NCBI GenBank assembly: GCA_002716355.1
Contig: PBAU01000007.1
Coordinates: 1-20,266, forward strand
Direction: 5' to 3'
Length of the DNA stretch: 20,266 bases
Origin: a bacterium
GTDB lineage: Bacteria > UBP7 > UBA6624
Program-made: the position numbers and the translations under genes
Notes under the pieces: generated by a model
What the model saw: the letters and a program-made list of their open reading frames with translations, nothing else
Told to the model about the DNA's origin: nothing
Database searches by the model: none
Shown: positions 7,414 through 15,668 of the stretch, one piece after another
How positions within the stretch are numbered: position 1 is the first letter of the stretch
Layout of the letters: the number at the start of each line of letters is the position of its first letter

Positions 7414-7877
7414 TTTTTCTCTTCAAGATATGAGATGAGATTCTTAATACATTTGTAAACTAGAGTAAAAACATGTTCAAACCCATCAGGCCCTCCATAG
7501 TATGGATCTGGAACATCAAGATTTGAATTTGAATTTGAATAAATATTTTCAAAATCTCTCATCAGTTTTATTTTTTGTTTGTATTTGTCAGATGTTGCTA
7601 AATTCATTAAATGATTTTTGTTTTCTCTATCCATTGCGATAATTAAATCAAATTTATAAAAATCAGAAGATTTAACCTGCCTGGCTCTGCTTTTAAGTTT
7701 TATATTGTGTTTTTTTGCAGTCTCACTCATTCTGCGATCAGGAAGATTGCCAGCATGCCAGTTCCCTGTTCCGCAAGAGTCCGCTTTAATTTGTTCGTTT
7801 TTTGAAAGGTGCTTGAAGATACCTTCTGCTAATGGGGATCTGCATATGTTTCCAAGACAAACGAATAATATTTTCAT
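7410..7877 (-). CDS. Low-molecular-weight protein-tyrosine phosphatase
   Basis: N-terminal P-loop VCLGNICRSP (CX5R-S) and a C-terminal DPYYG Asp loop. 155 aa. Confidence 0.9.
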   Translation of the reverse strand: MKILFVCLGNICRSPLAEGIFKHLSKNEQIKADSCGTGNWHAGNLPDRRMSETAKKHNIKLKSRARQVKSSDFYKFDLIIAMDRENKNHLMNLATSDKYKQKIKLMRDFENIYSNSNSNLDVPDPYYGGPDGFEHVFTLVYKCIKNLISYLEEKN

Positions 7878-7897
7878 TATAGAATAACTGATTAGTT

Positions 7898-8674
7898 ATG
7901 AAAGATGACTATATTTTAAACATTAATAACTTAAAGGTATCGATTGACGATAAGCAAGTTTTGCAGGGAATTGATCTTAGTGTTAAAAAAGGTGAAGTTC
8001 ATGCCATAATGGGACCAAATGGATCAGGAAAAAGCACTCTTGCATATTCGTTGATGGGGCATCCGTCTTATGAATTGGATTCAGGAGATATTGAATTAGA
8101 TTCAGAAAGTATTGTTGACCTGGAACCTCACGAAAAAGCTCAAAAAGGTTTGTTTTTAGCTTTTCAGTACCCAATGGAAATTCCAGGTCTTCAAATGGAG
8201 AGCTTCTTAAGAAGTGCTGTTTCTTCCATAAAGGGTTCAGAGGAAACAAAAGATGTTTTTGATTTTCATAGGAAAGTTTTAAAAGAGATGAGATATCTGG
8301 GGATTGATGAATCTTTTGCTGACAGATATGTCAATGATGGTTTTTCTGGTGGTGAGAAAAAAAGAGCAGAGGTTCTTCAGATGCTGCTTCTTCAGCCAAA
8401 ATTAGCAGTTATGGATGAGACTGATTCAGGTTTGGATATTGATGCAATCAAAGTGGTTGCAAAAGGTGTAAACAGACTAAAAGAAAAAGGTATGTCTATA
8501 TTGATAATTACACACTACCAAAGAATACTGGATTACATTCATCCTGACAGGGTCAGTGTTTTAAGTGGTGGAAAAATATTGAAAACAGCCGGTCCGGAAC
8601 TTGCAAAAGAATTGGAAAAAACTGGATACAAAGATTTTGTTCCTAAAAAATCTTCCTTGGATGTTAAATTTTAA
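7898..8674 (+). CDS. sufC: Fe-S cluster assembly ATPase SufC
   Basis: Walker A GPNGSGKST, signature FSGGEKKR, Walker B LAVMDETDSGLD and H-loop ITHY. Position at the head of the suf cluster. Confidence 0.95.
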   Translation: MKDDYILNINNLKVSIDDKQVLQGIDLSVKKGEVHAIMGPNGSGKSTLAYSLMGHPSYELDSGDIELDSESIVDLEPHEKAQKGLFLAFQYPMEIPGLQMESFLRSAVSSIKGSEETKDVFDFHRKVLKEMRYLGIDESFADRYVNDGFSGGEKKRAEVLQMLLLQPKLAVMDETDSGLDIDAIKVVAKGVNRLKEKGMSILIITHYQRILDYIHPDRVSVLSGGKILKTAGPELAKELEKTGYKDFVPKKSSLDVKF

Positions 8675-10089
8675 TGAGTAAAGAAGATAAATTTAGTCAG
8701 GATTTTTCTGAATTTGATAGTTACCAGTTTGGTCATTACGATAAGGTAAAGCATATTGCTTCTACAGGAAAGGGTATATCAAGAGATGTAGTAACAAAAA
8801 TATCAGAATTAAAAAATGAACCTGGATGGATGACTGATATTCGTTTAAAAGCTTATGAGGTTTTTGAAAAAAAACCCATGCCTTCTTGGGGTCCAGATTT
8901 AAAGGAGATAAAATTTGAAGATTTTACCTACTTTATTAGATCTACTGAAAAAGAGAGTGATCAGTGGGATGATATGCCAAAGGAAATTCTTGAAACTTTT
9001 GATAAGCTGGGAATACCTGAAGCAGAAAAGAAGTTTTTAGCTGGCGCAAGTGCTCAATATGAGAGTGAAGCTGTTTATCACAAGTTAAACGAAGAGCTTG
9101 GCAGGGAAGGTGTTGTGTTCTTGACAATGGATCAGGCTGTAAAAGACGAACCAGACTTGGTGAAAAAATATTTTGGGTCTGTTATACCAGCATCAGATAA
9201 TAAATTTTCAGCTTTAAATACTGCTGTTTGGTCAGGAGGATCTTTTATTTATGTGCCTCCTGGAGTTGAGGTTAGCACTCCATTACAAACTTATTTCAGG
9301 ATAAACGAAGAGGAGTTTGGTCAATTTGAAAGAACTTTAATTATTGCCGATAAAGGCGCTAAGGTTGTTTATAACGAAGGTTGCTCTGCTCCAAAATGGG
9401 CAAAATCATCACTTCATGCTGCTGTTGTAGAGTTGGTGGCTTTAGAGGATTCCCGTATTGACTACCAGACTATTCAAAATTGGTATAAAAATATTTACAA
9501 CCTAGTCACAAAAAGAGCAAAAGCAGAAAAGAATGCTACTGTAACTTGGTTAGATATAAATGTTGGTTCACGTATAACTATTAAGTATCCATCAGTAATG
9601 ATGATGGGAGAGGGTGCTAGAGGTGAGGTTCAGTCCATAGCTTTTGCTAATGAGGAACAGCTTCAAGATTCTGGAGCAAAAATGATACACGGAGCTCCCA
9701 ATACAACAAGTGTAGTAACAAGTAAAAGCATCTCTAAAGGAACGGGAAGATCATCTTACAGAGGTTTGATAAAAGTTTTAAAAGGCGCAAAGAATTCTTC
9801 TTGTAGGGTTGAGTGTGATGCATTGTTGATAAATGAAGAAAGTAGAACTGACACTTATCCTGTTATGGATATAGCTGAAGATGAAACCCAAATTGCACAT
9901 GAAGCAAGTGTGTCAAAAGTTAATGAAGACCAGATTTTTTATTTACAAAGCAGGGGAATACCAGAGATTGATGCTATGAAAATGGTTGTCAATGGTTTTC
10001 TTGAGCCAATGGTTAAAAAATTACCTTTAGAGTATTCAGTAGAGTTTCAACGCTTAGTAGAACTTGAACTTGAAGGTTCTGTAGGATGA
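8674..10089 (+). CDS. sufB: Fe-S cluster assembly scaffold SufB
   Basis: 471 aa with conserved SufB C-terminal half (IQNWY, ISKG-G-SSYRGL, FYLQSRGI), ending ...EGSVG like canonical SufB. The ATG overlaps the sufC TAA by 1 nt. Confidence 0.95.
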   Translation: MSKEDKFSQDFSEFDSYQFGHYDKVKHIASTGKGISRDVVTKISELKNEPGWMTDIRLKAYEVFEKKPMPSWGPDLKEIKFEDFTYFIRSTEKESDQWDDMPKEILETFDKLGIPEAEKKFLAGASAQYESEAVYHKLNEELGREGVVFLTMDQAVKDEPDLVKKYFGSVIPASDNKFSALNTAVWSGGSFIYVPPGVEVSTPLQTYFRINEEEFGQFERTLIIADKGAKVVYNEGCSAPKWAKSSLHAAVVELVALEDSRIDYQTIQNWYKNIYNLVTKRAKAEKNATVTWLDINVGSRITIKYPSVMMMGEGARGEVQSIAFANEEQLQDSGAKMIHGAPNTTSVVTSKSISKGTGRSSYRGLIKVLKGAKNSSCRVECDALLINEESRTDTYPVMDIAEDETQIAHEASVSKVNEDQIFYLQSRGIPEIDAMKMVVNGFLEPMVKKLPLEYSVEFQRLVELELEGSVG

Positions 10090-11207
10090 ATCATATTTGG
10101 CCTGATAGAAAAAATGAATACTGGAGAAGGTCTGCTTTTCTTAGGCCACCAGAAAATTTAAACCATTCTGCTGTTCCTTCTAATCAAAAATGGGAATCGA
10201 CGCTGAGTTCTGATTCGGTAATTTCTTTTGACAACGGAGTTCTTTTAGAGGATTCGTTCGTAAAAGGTATAAAGATTGATAAAGTTGATCCAGGTTCATT
10301 TTTAAAAAAAGCTGGTTTTATTTCTGGTGGGCAATCTTGGAATGACTGGACTATATTGAATGGTAATGTTTATGAGGTTACGATTAGCAAAAACTTCACA
10401 GCGGATCAGCCATTAATTGTAAGAGAGAAGATTTCTTCTGAGGGCAATATCACGTCTAGTTATATTTTTTTTAATATTGAGGAGAATGTTGAGCTTTCAG
10501 TTTGTTACCTTATGGAAGGTTTTGGTGATGGTTTCCATTCTGGTGGCTTTACTTTCAACCTAAACAATTCATCCAATTTAAAACTTATGCATTTTCAAAA
10601 TATATCCAAAGAGAGTAAAGCTAGATTCAACTGGGAAGTAAAAACTTCAGAAGGTGCGAATGCAGAATGGCATCTAGCTGCCTTTGGAGGTAAGCAGGTT
10701 CGACATGAATGTAGACTTGAAATGAAAGGAAAGGGTTCAAATTCAAGTTTGAAAGGAATTTATATCCCCTTTAAAGGTCAGAGGCATGAGTTTCAAACAC
10801 AACAAGATCATCAGAAAGGCGATTCAACTAGTGATTTATTGCTGAAGGGAGCAGTGTGTTCTGCCTCTAGAGGTATTTTCCAAGGAATGATAAACATTAG
10901 GCCTGATGCTCAAAAAAGTAACGCTTATCAGACTAATCGTAATTTATCTCTTTCAAGTAATGCTAAAGTAGAAACAATTCCTGGTTTAGAAATAGAAGCA
11001 AATGATGTAAAGTGCTCTCATGGTGCGACTGTTAGCAAAATTGACCCTTATTCTCTTTTTTATTTAGCTGCTAGGGGTATTGATAAAAAAGAAGCAGCAC
11101 AGCTTCTTGCTGAAGGTTTTTTCTATGAAATTTCTGATGATTTTCCAGATGAAATGAAAAATATCATCAACAGTGAAATCCAAGAAAGGCTTCTAGAGGC
11201 CTTTTAA
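10086..11207 (+). CDS. sufD: Fe-S cluster assembly protein SufD
   Basis: N-terminal E-YWRRS motif. The C-terminal beta-helix block NAYQTNRNLSLS...EANDVKCSHGATVSKID...LFYLAARGI is typical of SufD. ATGA overlap with the sufB stop. Confidence 0.9.
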   Translation: MNHIWPDRKNEYWRRSAFLRPPENLNHSAVPSNQKWESTLSSDSVISFDNGVLLEDSFVKGIKIDKVDPGSFLKKAGFISGGQSWNDWTILNGNVYEVTISKNFTADQPLIVREKISSEGNITSSYIFFNIEENVELSVCYLMEGFGDGFHSGGFTFNLNNSSNLKLMHFQNISKESKARFNWEVKTSEGANAEWHLAAFGGKQVRHECRLEMKGKGSNSSLKGIYIPFKGQRHEFQTQQDHQKGDSTSDLLLKGAVCSASRGIFQGMINIRPDAQKSNAYQTNRNLSLSSNAKVETIPGLEIEANDVKCSHGATVSKIDPYSLFYLAARGIDKKEAAQLLAEGFFYEISDDFPDEMKNIINSEIQERLLEAF

Positions 11208-11210
11208 GCA

Positions 11211-12425
11211 ATGTTGTCTTTGGGAAAATCTTTAAGATCTAAATTTCCAATATTGAAGAGAAAGATCAGAGGAAAAAGACTTGTTTATCTAGATAGCGCT
11301 GCCACAACACAAAAACCTATAGAGGTTATTCGCGAGATTGAGAATTATTACATGAATACAAATGCAAATGTTCATAGAGGTTTGTATAAATTAGCCGAAG
11401 AAGCAACATCTCAGTATGAATCATCAAGAAAGAGGATTGCAGAATGGTTTGGTTCAGAATCAGAAAATTTAATTTTTACAAGAGGCACAACTGAGTCGAT
11501 TAATTTGATAGCAAAATCATGGGGTAATAAGTATGTATCAGCTGGCGATAGAGTCTTAGCTCCATTGTCAGAACATCACAGTAATTATGTTCCATGGCAG
11601 ATGTTATGTGAGCAAAAAGGTGCTGAATTCGTTTCTTTGCCTTTATTGGAAAATCTTGGAATTGATAAAGTTATTTTGGAAAAAAATCTTGCAATGGATG
11701 CAAAAATTTTAGCCTTTTCAGCACAAAGTAATGTTTTAGGGAATAAGGAGAATGTAAAAGAGATTTGTGAGCTTGCTAAAAAATATGGTGTTACCACGAT
11801 TGTTGATGGAGCACAAATTGCTGGCCATTCAAGATTTAGCATTAAAGATTCTGGATGTGATTTTTTTGCATTTTCAGGACATAAGATGTTTGGACCAATG
11901 GGTATAGGTGGGTTTGTAGCTTCAGATGAGGTTTTGAAATCCATGCCTCCTTGGCAGGGTGGAGGTGAGATGATATCTGATGTAAAAAGAGACAGCTGGA
12001 CTGCTGCTCAGTCACCGTACAAGTTTGAAGCAGGGACTCCTAATGTGGTAGGTGCTATTGCCTTGTCTAAAGCTGTTGATATTCTTGATGAAGTTTTTGA
12101 ATCAGGTTTAGAGGATCATATTTTAAATTTATCTAATTATGCTTATGAAAAACTTAAAGTTTTTGAGAATGTTAAGTTTTTAGCAAAAGAAAAGCCTTGC
12201 GGTGCAATTTCTTTTTGGGTTGAATCTATGCATCCTCATGACCTTGCAACGATATTGGATCAGGATGGGATTGCAATAAGAGCAGGTCATCATTGTGCTA
12301 AACCTTTGCACCAATATCTTAATGTTCAAGCAAGTGTCAGGCTAAGCCTGCATGCTTATAATGATATTGATGATATTGATGATTTTATAGATTCGTTAAA
12401 AGGAGCTTTCTCTTTCCTTTTATGA
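11211..12425 (+). CDS. sufS: Cysteine desulfurase SufS (class II)
   Basis: PLP-lysine motif FSGHKMFGPMGIGG and catalytic Cys loop RAGHHCAKPL. YLDSAATTQKP N-terminal block. 404 aa. Confidence 0.95.
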   Translation: MLSLGKSLRSKFPILKRKIRGKRLVYLDSAATTQKPIEVIREIENYYMNTNANVHRGLYKLAEEATSQYESSRKRIAEWFGSESENLIFTRGTTESINLIAKSWGNKYVSAGDRVLAPLSEHHSNYVPWQMLCEQKGAEFVSLPLLENLGIDKVILEKNLAMDAKILAFSAQSNVLGNKENVKEICELAKKYGVTTIVDGAQIAGHSRFSIKDSGCDFFAFSGHKMFGPMGIGGFVASDEVLKSMPPWQGGGEMISDVKRDSWTAAQSPYKFEAGTPNVVGAIALSKAVDILDEVFESGLEDHILNLSNYAYEKLKVFENVKFLAKEKPCGAISFWVESMHPHDLATILDQDGIAIRAGHHCAKPLHQYLNVQASVRLSLHAYNDIDDIDDFIDSLKGAFSFLL

Positions 12426-12871
12426 GTCTAGAAGACCTATATAGAAGTGTTATATTGGATCACTATAGATCTGCAAGAAATAAGGGAACAATAGAAAATC
12501 CTGACTTTCATGCAATTGGTGACAATCCTGCATGCGGAGACCAGCTAGAGGTTTTTATATCTTTTTCAAAAGACGGCACTGTTGGTGATGTGAAATGGAA
12601 TGGGGAGGGTTGTGCAATATGTTGTGCAAGTTCTTCCATAATGACAGAATCTGTTAAAGAAAAATCAAAGCAGCAAATATTTGAATTATGCGAAAAGGTT
12701 AAAAGGTTAATAAAAGGTGAACCTTTAGACCCTTCTGAAAAAGATGATTTAGGTGAACTTGTTGTTTTAGAAGGTGTTTCTAAATTCCCTGTTAGAGTTA
12801 AATGCGCCACTCTTCCTTGGGTTTCGATTGAGATAGCCTTACAAGGAAAAAAAGAAGCCTCTACTGAGTAG
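12422..12871 (+). CDS. sufU: SUF-system sulfur-transfer/scaffold protein SufU (IscU-like, Zn-type)
   Basis: NPACGDQ, GEGCAICCASSS and VKCATLPW ligand motifs, with the insertion before the last Cys typical of SufU. ATGA overlap with the sufS stop. Confidence 0.9.
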   Translation: MSLEDLYRSVILDHYRSARNKGTIENPDFHAIGDNPACGDQLEVFISFSKDGTVGDVKWNGEGCAICCASSSIMTESVKEKSKQQIFELCEKVKRLIKGEPLDPSEKDDLGELVVLEGVSKFPVRVKCATLPWVSIEIALQGKKEASTE

Positions 12872-14084
12872 CTTTTTCTTCTGAAAATTTTATTTTTTTA
12901 AAAAATACATAATAAATTATTGTGGATACAAGGTATAAGAATGACGTGAAGAGAAAAGGTTCTTTGTAGCTTTGGTTAGTGTCTATCCATACTCCGCTTA
13001 TCGCGGGACCTATAGTCCAACCCAGGGCCCATATTATCCCTACTACTGCTAAAGATTTGCTTCTATGCTCTTGAGGTGTTATCTCCATTAAGAGTCTTGA
13101 TCCAAGCGGGTGTGTTGCATTGATAAGAGTTGCTCTTGCGACAAAAGAGAATATTGCAATTGTGGGATTGGTTGTAAAAGCCAGAATTACCAAGAAAGGA
13201 ATTGAGAGAAAGTTAAGTATTGCAATTGTTATTGTCGATTGAGTTTTTTTAGCTAATACAGGAGCGATTAAGTAACCGACAACAAGCATAAATTCTTGTA
13301 TTGAAAAAGCATTTCCTATCTGATCGTTAGTAAGTCCTATTTGGTTTGAAAGATATAAATTCATAAAAGGAATTGACATACCTGCCCCTAATGCTAAAGG
13401 AGCATGATATATCCAATATTTAGCAATAAGCCCATTATTAACTTGTAAGAGTTCTTTGAATTTTGTATTTGATTTTTCTTTCTTTTTTGAATGATGAACA
13501 TTTTTTAATTTTTTTAGTATTGAATACGAAAGAATATTGATAATTCCTAATATTAAATACATGATTTGAAAACTTTCCTTGTTTCCTTTTTCATTAATCA
13601 ATAAAGGTATCACTCCGCCTAGGTAAGAACCAGCTGTTTGAAAGATTCCCCCAACAACAAACCCTAGAGTGTATCTGTAGTTTGCGTATTTTTCCTTTCC
13701 GATAGCTAAGAGAGGTTCAAACGCATGTAGCAAAGGGCGAAATATCATTCCTGCAAAAAAAGATGATGCAATTATTGTTGTTTGAGTTGTTGAAAAGCCT
13801 TTAGCTATAACAAATATGCCAAGTAAAGGCAAACCAATGCTTATCATTTTTCCAACTCCATTTTTATCCATCCATTTTCCTATTTTGTATGCAACAAGCA
13901 TGGAGCCGATAGATGCAGCAGCAGCAGCATAGCCAGCTAATTTTTCATTAAAGCCAAGGCTTTTTAGATAAAGGTTATAGGAGACTCTGGTAATCCCAAA
14001 ATTAAGACCAAATATTGCCCATGATATCAGTAAGGTGTTAAACCAATGTGGGGCATCTTTGTAAGATTCTAAGTATTTTTTCAA
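12861..14084 (-). CDS. MFS transporter
   Basis: About 12 hydrophobic helices and an MFS motif-A-like loop (GKWMDKNGVGKM). The start is TTG 14082-14084, with an in-frame TAA five codons upstream. Its 3' end overlaps the sufU 3' end by 11 nt (convergent). Confidence 0.85.
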   Translation of the reverse strand: MKKYLESYKDAPHWFNTLLISWAIFGLNFGITRVSYNLYLKSLGFNEKLAGYAAAAASIGSMLVAYKIGKWMDKNGVGKMISIGLPLLGIFVIAKGFSTTQTTIIASSFFAGMIFRPLLHAFEPLLAIGKEKYANYRYTLGFVVGGIFQTAGSYLGGVIPLLINEKGNKESFQIMYLILGIINILSYSILKKLKNVHHSKKKEKSNTKFKELLQVNNGLIAKYWIYHAPLALGAGMSIPFMNLYLSNQIGLTNDQIGNAFSIQEFMLVVGYLIAPVLAKKTQSTITIAILNFLSIPFLVILAFTTNPTIAIFSFVARATLINATHPLGSRLLMEITPQEHRSKSLAVVGIIWALGWTIGPAISGVWIDTNQSYKEPFLFTSFLYLVSTIIYYVFFKKIKFSEEKATQ

Positions 14085-14109
14085 AATGTATCCATTTTAG
14101 TATTGGAAC

Positions 14110-14182
14110 CACCCTCGGAGAGACTCGAACTCCCAACCTACGGCTTAGAAGGCCGTCGCTCTGCCAGTTGAGCTACGAGGGC
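14110..14182 (-). tRNA. tRNA-Arg (anticodon TCT)
   Basis: Manual cloverleaf on the minus strand: GCCCTCG TA GCTC AACTGGCA GAGC G ACGGC CTTCTAA GCCGT AGGTT GGGAG TTCGAGT CTCTC CGAGGGT G. Total 73 nt, no encoded CCA, and a G1-U72 wobble. Confidence 0.9.
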
Positions 14183-14397
14183 TATTTTATTCCTGGTAAA
14201 TTCTGTTTTCTTTTTTCAAGAATCTCTTTAAGGTTTGGGTGAACCCTTTGCATGCATTTGCCATGTTTGTAAGGTGCAAGGTATTCCTCGTTGCATTCTG
14301 GACAGGTTCTTTGTCTGTACTCAACTCCACCGTTATATTTATCCCAAATGAAATTGGATTTTTTCTTATATTTTCCAGAACTAACTGGGCTGTCCAA
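14182..14397 (-). CDS. Possible small basic Cys/His protein (about 71 aa; up to 83 aa if TTG 14433 is used)
   Basis: An open frame ends with TAG at 14182-14184, and the G of that stop is nucleotide 1 of tRNA-Arg. It contains CPEC-x12-C-x4-H (zinc-ribbon-like). TTG 14395-14397 lies just after the upstream gene stop. No homology recognised. Confidence 0.35.
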   Translation of the reverse strand: MDSPVSSGKYKKKSNFIWDKYNGGVEYRQRTCPECNEEYLAPYKHGKCMQRVHPNLKEILEKRKQNLPGIK

Positions 14398-14399
14398 AA

Positions 14400-15617
14400 C
14401 TAAAAACCTGCCTGTTGATGTCCTACAGGGCAAACAGAGAAACTCAGACCTGCCGCTGCAACTGATCCAGCTGAAGACCCAAAGCCTAATTGAGCAGTTT
14501 CTTCACATATTAATATCTGAAGACCTTGCTGGATTATTTCTCTTCTTTCCTGAGCTTGCCTATATGCTTTTGTTTCTCCTGTTGGAATTTGGTTTTCGTA
14601 AACTTTCATATTGTTTTCAAGAGTGACAAGAACGTCGATTAATTTGTCGGTTTCAGGATTAATGTATGCTCTTCCACTTAACTCTAGCGTTCCAATGAAA
14701 TTCCTATCAATTCTCCATTCATTTTTTTCACTTACTTCATTACCATCAAATCTTGCAAAACCAAACATGTCGATAACGATTGAAGGTTCCAGTCTGTATG
14801 CTTTGAGGTTTGGAAGACTTAGCATTGTTCCTCCAGAAACAATACCTTGAACAAATCTCACATCCCTAATTGGAAGTCTATATTCAATATCTATTTTTTG
14901 AAGAGTTCTTAAGCCAGGAATTGTGAGGTAGACAGGTCTAACCCAAGTTTCACCTAATTGGACTGATCTGTCAGGGAATCTCAATATATGAAAGTATTCC
15001 ATTATTTGTTGAAGTGATACATTGGCTCTTTCTCTCTCATTTTGAACAAGTTCTAATGGAATTCCTTGACTAGTTAAAACCTCACCATTTTTATTTCTTA
15101 TTAAAGTATGTTCCTCTTGAAGTAAATCAATTACTGAATCTTCAATTGCAGTGCCTTCAGAACTTCCAGAACCTCCTCCTCCACCAACTCCCATGCCCAT
15201 TCTTAAATCTGCACTTCGACCTTCGTTTCCGCCGTCGTCACCATCGTCGCCACCACCATCGTCGCCACCGCCATCGTCGCCACCGCCATCGCCACCAGCA
15301 CCACCTGAAATTTCAAACTCTTGTCTCTGGTAGGAATAATCATCAAATCTTATTTTTGACCATGTTAAATTGAATTCTTCACTCTCATGACTCTCGGAAA
15401 GAACTGCTCTTGTGAAACCTTCAAGGCTTTCAAATTCACCTGGAGCCCATATTTGACCACTGGATCCAGCTTGGATGATATACCTGTGTGGAGTTGCATA
15501 CATCGGTATAGGAGGATCATAGGAAAGTTTAATAAAGTCAGATTTTGTTGACATTGAAGAAGCAACTAAAAGTACAGCAGGAACCAAGAAAAAAAGTCTA
15601 ATGCCTTTTATTTTCAT
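14400..15617 (-). CDS. Secreted protein of unknown function with an internal Gly/Asp-rich repeat linker
   Basis: ATG at 15615-15617 and signal peptide MKIKGIRLFFLVPAVLLVASS. An N-domain of about 100 aa is followed by GGAGGDGGGDDGGGDDGGGDDGDDGGNEG...GVGGGGGSGSSEG, then a C-domain of about 250 aa. No family recognised. Confidence 0.8.
   Translation of the reverse strand: MKIKGIRLFFLVPAVLLVASSMSTKSDFIKLSYDPPIPMYATPHRYIIQAGSSGQIWAPGEFESLEGFTRAVLSESHESEEFNLTWSKIRFDDYSYQRQEFEISGGAGGDGGGDDGGGDDGGGDDGDDGGNEGRSADLRMGMGVGGGGGSGSSEGTAIEDSVIDLLQEEHTLIRNKNGEVLTSQGIPLELVQNERERANVSLQQIMEYFHILRFPDRSVQLGETWVRPVYLTIPGLRTLQKIDIEYRLPIRDVRFVQGIVSGGTMLSLPNLKAYRLEPSIVIDMFGFARFDGNEVSEKNEWRIDRNFIGTLELSGRAYINPETDKLIDVLVTLENNMKVYENQIPTGETKAYRQAQERREIIQQGLQILICEETAQLGFGSSAGSVAAAGLSFSVCPVGHQQAGF
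15229..15305 (-). repeat. Imperfect 15-bp tandem repeat (ccatcgtcgccaccg on the + strand) encoding (GGGDD)n
   Basis: Units at 15241-15255, 15256-15270 and 15271-15285 differ by at most 1 nt. Degenerate copies flank them. The repeat is in frame inside CDS 14400-15617 and is locally GC-rich in an AT-rich window. Confidence 0.85.
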
Positions 15618-15668
15618 AACCAGACTATCTTACTACATTTTGAACGCATGAATGATTTTTTTAAAAGG

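Noticed and set aside
7863-7881. A Fur-box-like AT-rich sequence (gaataatattttcattata) just upstream of sufC.
   Set aside because: It makes only about 12 of 19 matches to the consensus as I remember it, in an AT-rich background. It also lies within the LMW-PTP coding start. That is too weak to call without a scoring matrix.
12921-12929. A DnaA-box-like 9-mer (complement GTATCCACA) inside the MFS gene.
   Set aside because: It is a single 8/9 match within coding sequence, with no cluster and no AT-rich unwinding region, so it gives no evidence of an origin.
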